Below, in pieces: positions 59,986 to 64,000 of a DNA stretch of 64,000 bases. The DNA comes from Felis catus (Eukaryota). The position numbers were made by a program, and so were the translations under genes. How positions within the stretch are numbered: the stretch's first letter is position 1; each line of letters starts with the position of its first letter. A model generated the notes under the pieces. The model ran no database searches, was not told where the DNA came from, and was given only the letters and a program-made list of their open reading frames with translations. Location: contig NC_058368.1 of assembly GCF_018350175.1 (NCBI RefSeq), positions 77,254,001-77,318,000 of the forward strand. Direction: 5' to 3'.

Positions 59986-62467
59986 CAAAGTCACGTGTAT
60001 TAACAGGACCATGGATGGCAACGTGGTCTTGTTTTTTCCGAACATCGAAAGCCTCGTGATGGAGGCTTTGAAGGAAAGCTGACTTGAAACGGAATGGGAG
60101 ACGCAATGAAGGCAGGTCCAGCTGTATTCAGCAATCTCCCAAGAAGGGCAGGAGGGAGGGGGCCGACTCCAAGTTGTAGTTCCAAACCCCGTCCCTGTTA
60201 GCAGCGTAACTTGGGGGAGGCCCGGAATTTCTCTGCAATCTCTATGCCTCTTTGCAAGATGAAGGGATGGGTCTTTTCCGTCTAAAGATGCATCATGTGA
60301 ATGACTCTGCCGAACTTCTTTAACCTCGACTGCCTTATCTACATAATAGAAGCAAAAAATGGAAATCATAAGGAACATACCATAAAAATAACAGTGAATA
60401 GCAGTGATGAGCACCAGGGGCCCAGGCAGGGGCAGTGAGTGCCGCGATGGCTTTGGTGATATAAAATGACTTGACGAACATTGGTTTGGTGGGTCATCTA
60501 ATGTCACAACATCTAGTTACCTTTTTCTCCTCGTTCAGAGCCATCTTGATGGACGCTTTGCACGCAAGAAGGGACCCTCGGTGAATTGGGGCCATTTCTT
60601 TTCTAACTAGACTGTAAACTATGGTAAAAAAAAAAAATCTACTTTTTAAAAAACTGGGCCACTGACTCATCTTTCTATTATGGTTCTAAAGGAAAAATTT
60701 AAACTCCTCAAGGGAAAGAGACAAAGCAAGAGAACCCAATTACCCAGCTGAAACTGTACAAATATCAGCTCGCACACCCAGCCGCAGAACAATAGGTATC
60801 GTAATGAATCACCTTCTTCCATGAAAAGCCCTCGGTTTCTATCCCCCGGTTTGCTATTTTCTCCGAAGGTTGCCATCCCGTCTGAGCTATAAAGAGGTGA
60901 TGGATTGCTTCCCTTTCCTCATTGCCACCTCTTGAATTCAGTACAAAAATTAAACCGTTCATTTTCATCTTTCTCAAGAGTTTTCTCGCCTTCATGAATG
61001 TTTTTATGAGATGAAAGGAAAGAAAGGAGTGACGATGTAATATAGGAAGAGACTAGAGAAATTCTTAAAGGGACCAAGTGTCAGAGGAAGGAGGTGAGGG
61101 GAGAGTCCAAGGACGGGGAGCCGGGAGCTGAGAGCTACGGTGCTTTGCGCTCAGTTTTCTTCATTTGTGACTTTTCCAAATCCCTCGCTCCTCCCTTTCC
61201 TTTCTGGGTTCTCCTCTGTTTCTGGTTGTGCCCTTCAGAACTCACCCCAACTGGAAAGGCTCCACGTGTCCCTTCCCGGATCCTCTTTGAATGATGAAAT
61301 AATATAAGGTCTATGCATAATTGCTCTGTGCTGTTCACAAAGCATTTTCTTGAAGGGAACTTTACACTTTGTCCGTTTCAGCTACTAATGTGTGGATAAC
61401 ATGCCTTCATTCCTAATTATTTTGTCAGCATTTTGTTAAGTGTCCAGAACCTACATTTGAACTAAGACACTTTAATTATCAAATTAACACAATTTCATGG
61501 TTGGTATGTTCAATTTCTCACCACTGGACTTTTTAATTTTTTGTTAACTGGCTCCTTCCTGGGCCTTTTCCCCAATCGTACAAAGACACAAATAATGCCC
61601 CTGTTTCACATTCATGAACGCTTTCCATAAATATCCAGAAATTAAGGGTTGCCTAAGAGCACCCAATCTTGCAACAAAGCCTTCCTTGTCGTTTTCCTTT
61701 ATTGATTCTAGCCCATCAATGACATTTATTTATTCACAGGTTAGGAACTTTGGTTCACTTGGAAATATACAATTTTCATAGCTTTTTCTACAACTAATTA
61801 CTTGAACTCAGTCATCTCATGTACAAAAAGAAAGAACTTAGCATTAGTGAAAAGAAAAGGGGCATCTAAAACTCTAGCTGACATTAAGCTATGAAAAGAA
61901 GAAAGATAAGGGGTTATTTTTTTAAAGTTGTCAAACAGAAATGATAGAAGTGAAGGAGTAATGGCTGAATAAGAAAGAAAGTAATTACGAGATGCGGAAT
62001 AATTAATTTCTGAAGTTCTCTGTAGAGCTGAGTCATTGTACTTTGTAGTTTCTAGCATGTATTAAGCAGCCCGAACACATTTGTTCCGACACACTAGGAT
62101 TGCAATTTGCCCCTTTGTGAGATTCAGAGCAGAATCAGAGGCAAAGTAATGATAATAATTCTGAAGTCTAGAAATTCATCTCGATGAGGTCAAGCTGGCT
62201 GAGTTATCTGCTGGCACCCCCATCTTGTCAAGCATCGTTTTTAAATTACTAAGATGTAACTTATTGAGGTATAATTCCTATACTACAAAATTTACCCTTT
62301 TAAGTGTATAATTCAATGAACGTTAGTAAATTTGCATAATTATGAAACATTACCATAATCCAGATTGGGAACATTTCTATCACCCAAAGAGATCCTCTGT
62401 ACTAATTTTCAGTCAGTTTCTGTTTCTACCCCCTGGCCTTGGGCATCACTGGTCTTTATACATATTT

Positions 62468-62947
62468 ATTTTATTTTATTTTATTTTCTTATTTAAAAAC
62501 TTTTTTTAACTTGGGGCACCTGGGTGGCTCAGTCGGTTGAGAGTCTGACTTCGGCTCAGGTCATGATCTCACAGCTCTTGAGTTCCAGCCCCACGTCAGG
62601 CTCTGTGTGCTGATGGGTCGGAGCCTGGAGCCTGCTTGGGATTCTGTGCCTCCCTCTCTCTCTGCCCCTAACCCATTCACATTCTGTCTGTCTCTCTCAA
62701 AAATAAACATTAAAAAAATGTTTTTAAAGTTTATTTATTTATTTTGAGAGAGAGAGAGAGAGAAAAAAAAAAACAGAGCATGTAACTGGGGGAGGGGCAG
62801 AGAAAGAGAGAGAGAAAGAGAGAGAAAATCCTAAGCAGGCTCTGTGCTGTCAGTGCAGAGTCCGATGTAGGGCTCAAACTATGAGATCATGACCTGAGCC
62901 AAAGTCAAGACCTGGATGCTTAACCAAATGAGCCACCCAGGCACCCC
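62468..62947 (-). mobile_element. Can-SINE whose T tail is interrupted by a plus-strand SINE
   Basis: Tail 62468-62512, body about 62719-62947; TSD TTTATACATATTT (62455-62467, 62950-62962). Confidence 0.9.
62513..62718 (+). mobile_element. Can-SINE nested in the tail of the minus-strand SINE
   Basis: GGGGCACCTGGGTGGCTCAG head through the A tail. Confidence 0.95.
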
Positions 62948-63490
62948 TATTTATACATATTTTATACATTTGCCTTTATGAATATTTTGTGTAAATGGAG
63001 TCATACAATACATGGTCTTTTGTGTCTGACTTCCTCCACTTAGCATAGTGCTTCTGACGTTTATCCATGTTCTGGAAGCATCCTGTCATTAACTTCAATC
63101 TACTGTTGGAACAATTCCTCTGACAGGTTTTGGTCCAAATTATGGTTCCTCCTACAATCACTTTTGCTGGGGTTGGCTATATTGCGTGTTACCTTTCACT
63201 GGTTATAAAGATGAACAAATACCAAGTTATGTTGATGTGGAAAGATCATCTTTTACATGATCCCAAGAACATTACTCAGAGTGAGATGTGAGAACAAGTA
63301 CAACCACAAGAATATAAACATCTAATATTTAGTGACGAAATGTTTGTTAAAGAAGGCAACTCTGAATGGAGGCATAAAGCAATGTGAGAAAATACTTTGC
63401 ATGAAATATTTGCATCCTTCAGTGTGGAAAAAAAATTAGAAATGGGAATATCTTCATTTGGAGAGTGAAGAGTTAAGATGCATCACACAA

Positions 63491-63687
63491 GGGCCACCTG
63501 GGTGGCTCAGTCAGTTGAGTGTCTGACTTTGGCTCAGGTCATGATCTCACGGTCCATGAGTTCAGGCCCCACATTGGGCTCTCTGCTGTCATGGCCAAGC
63601 CTGCTTGGGATCCTGTCTCTCTGTCTCTCTCTCTGCCCCTCCCCCACTCATGCCCTCTCTCAAAAACAAATAAGGATTTAAAAAACA
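63491..63687 (+). mobile_element. Can-SINE
   Basis: TSD ATGCATCA(C/G)ACAA. Confidence 0.94.
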
Positions 63688-63883
63688 ATGCATCAGACAA
63701 GACAGATTAATAGAAACAAAATGAATGAACACTATTTATTGAGTATGCATCGTATTAGATGCTAATATGCTACACATATTAGAAAGTGTACAAAGGGATT
63801 TTTTTCCTAAAGTATTTACAAAATATAAAGATTTCTATATGATGAATATATAGAAAGCAAGTGCCCTCTCACTGATTAGGAGA

Positions 63884-64000
63884 TTTTAAAATTTTTTTTA
63901 ACATTTATTTATTTTTGAGACAGAGAGAGACAGAGCATGAACAGGGGAGGGGCAGAGAGAGAGGGAGACACAGAATCTGAAACAGGCTCCAGGCTCTGAG
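63884..64000 (-). mobile_element. Can-SINE 3' half (cut by the window end)
   Basis: T tail followed by GAGACAGAGAGAGACAGAGCATGA..GGCTCCAGGCTCTGAG. Confidence 0.95.

Larger units (their letters stand above)
62238..63083 (-). mobile_element. L1MB-like 3' end containing two nested SINEs
   Basis: TTATTGAGGTATAATT..TTTAAGTGTATAATTCAATG..AACATTTCTATCACCC; resumes TAAATGGAGTCATACAATA..CTGACTTCCTCCACTTAGCATA. Confidence 0.88.

Noticed and set aside
59929..60507. 192-aa minus-strand ORF
   Set aside because: Ends in a SINE tail, has no domain similarity and a non-ATG start
2005..63710. Recurrent MAQSVKRPTSAQVMISQ... ORF family
   Set aside because: These are translations of Can-SINE copies, not a gene family or repeat-spacer system
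1..64000. Functional tRNA, rRNA, miRNA, CRISPR array or foreign (microbial or viral) insert
   Set aside because: All tRNA-like boxes belong to SINEs; I saw no long unique hairpin, regular repeat-spacer array or compositionally alien coding segment

Overview
Non-coding DNA from a felid genome, most likely domestic cat or a close relative. The assignment rests on about 37 feliform Can-SINEs (SINEC_Fc type, including near-pristine young copies) and a feline L1 3' end. I recognise no protein-coding gene, functional RNA gene or CRISPR array. Almost all listed ORFs are SINE, microsatellite or fossil-LINE read-throughs. The rest of the window is older L1, L2, L3/CR1, MIR, MaLR/ERVL/ERV1 solo LTRs, hAT MITEs and microsatellites, separated by repeat-poor blocks (about 17.4-20.2, 36-38.6, 42.3-43.9, 56.5-59.3 and 60-62.2 kb) that look regulatory. 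All L1 pieces and most LTRs lie on the minus strand, which suggests a large intron of a plus-strand transcription unit. The best leads are two plus-strand microexon candidates (25 + 23 nt, 48 nt together), an orphan CpG island followed by a strong splice donor at about 37.1-37.5 kb, and several unusual retrotransposition footprints. The sequence does not support a wholly new biological system. Repeat family names come from my recollection of consensus sequences and need confirmation with RepeatMasker/Dfam.
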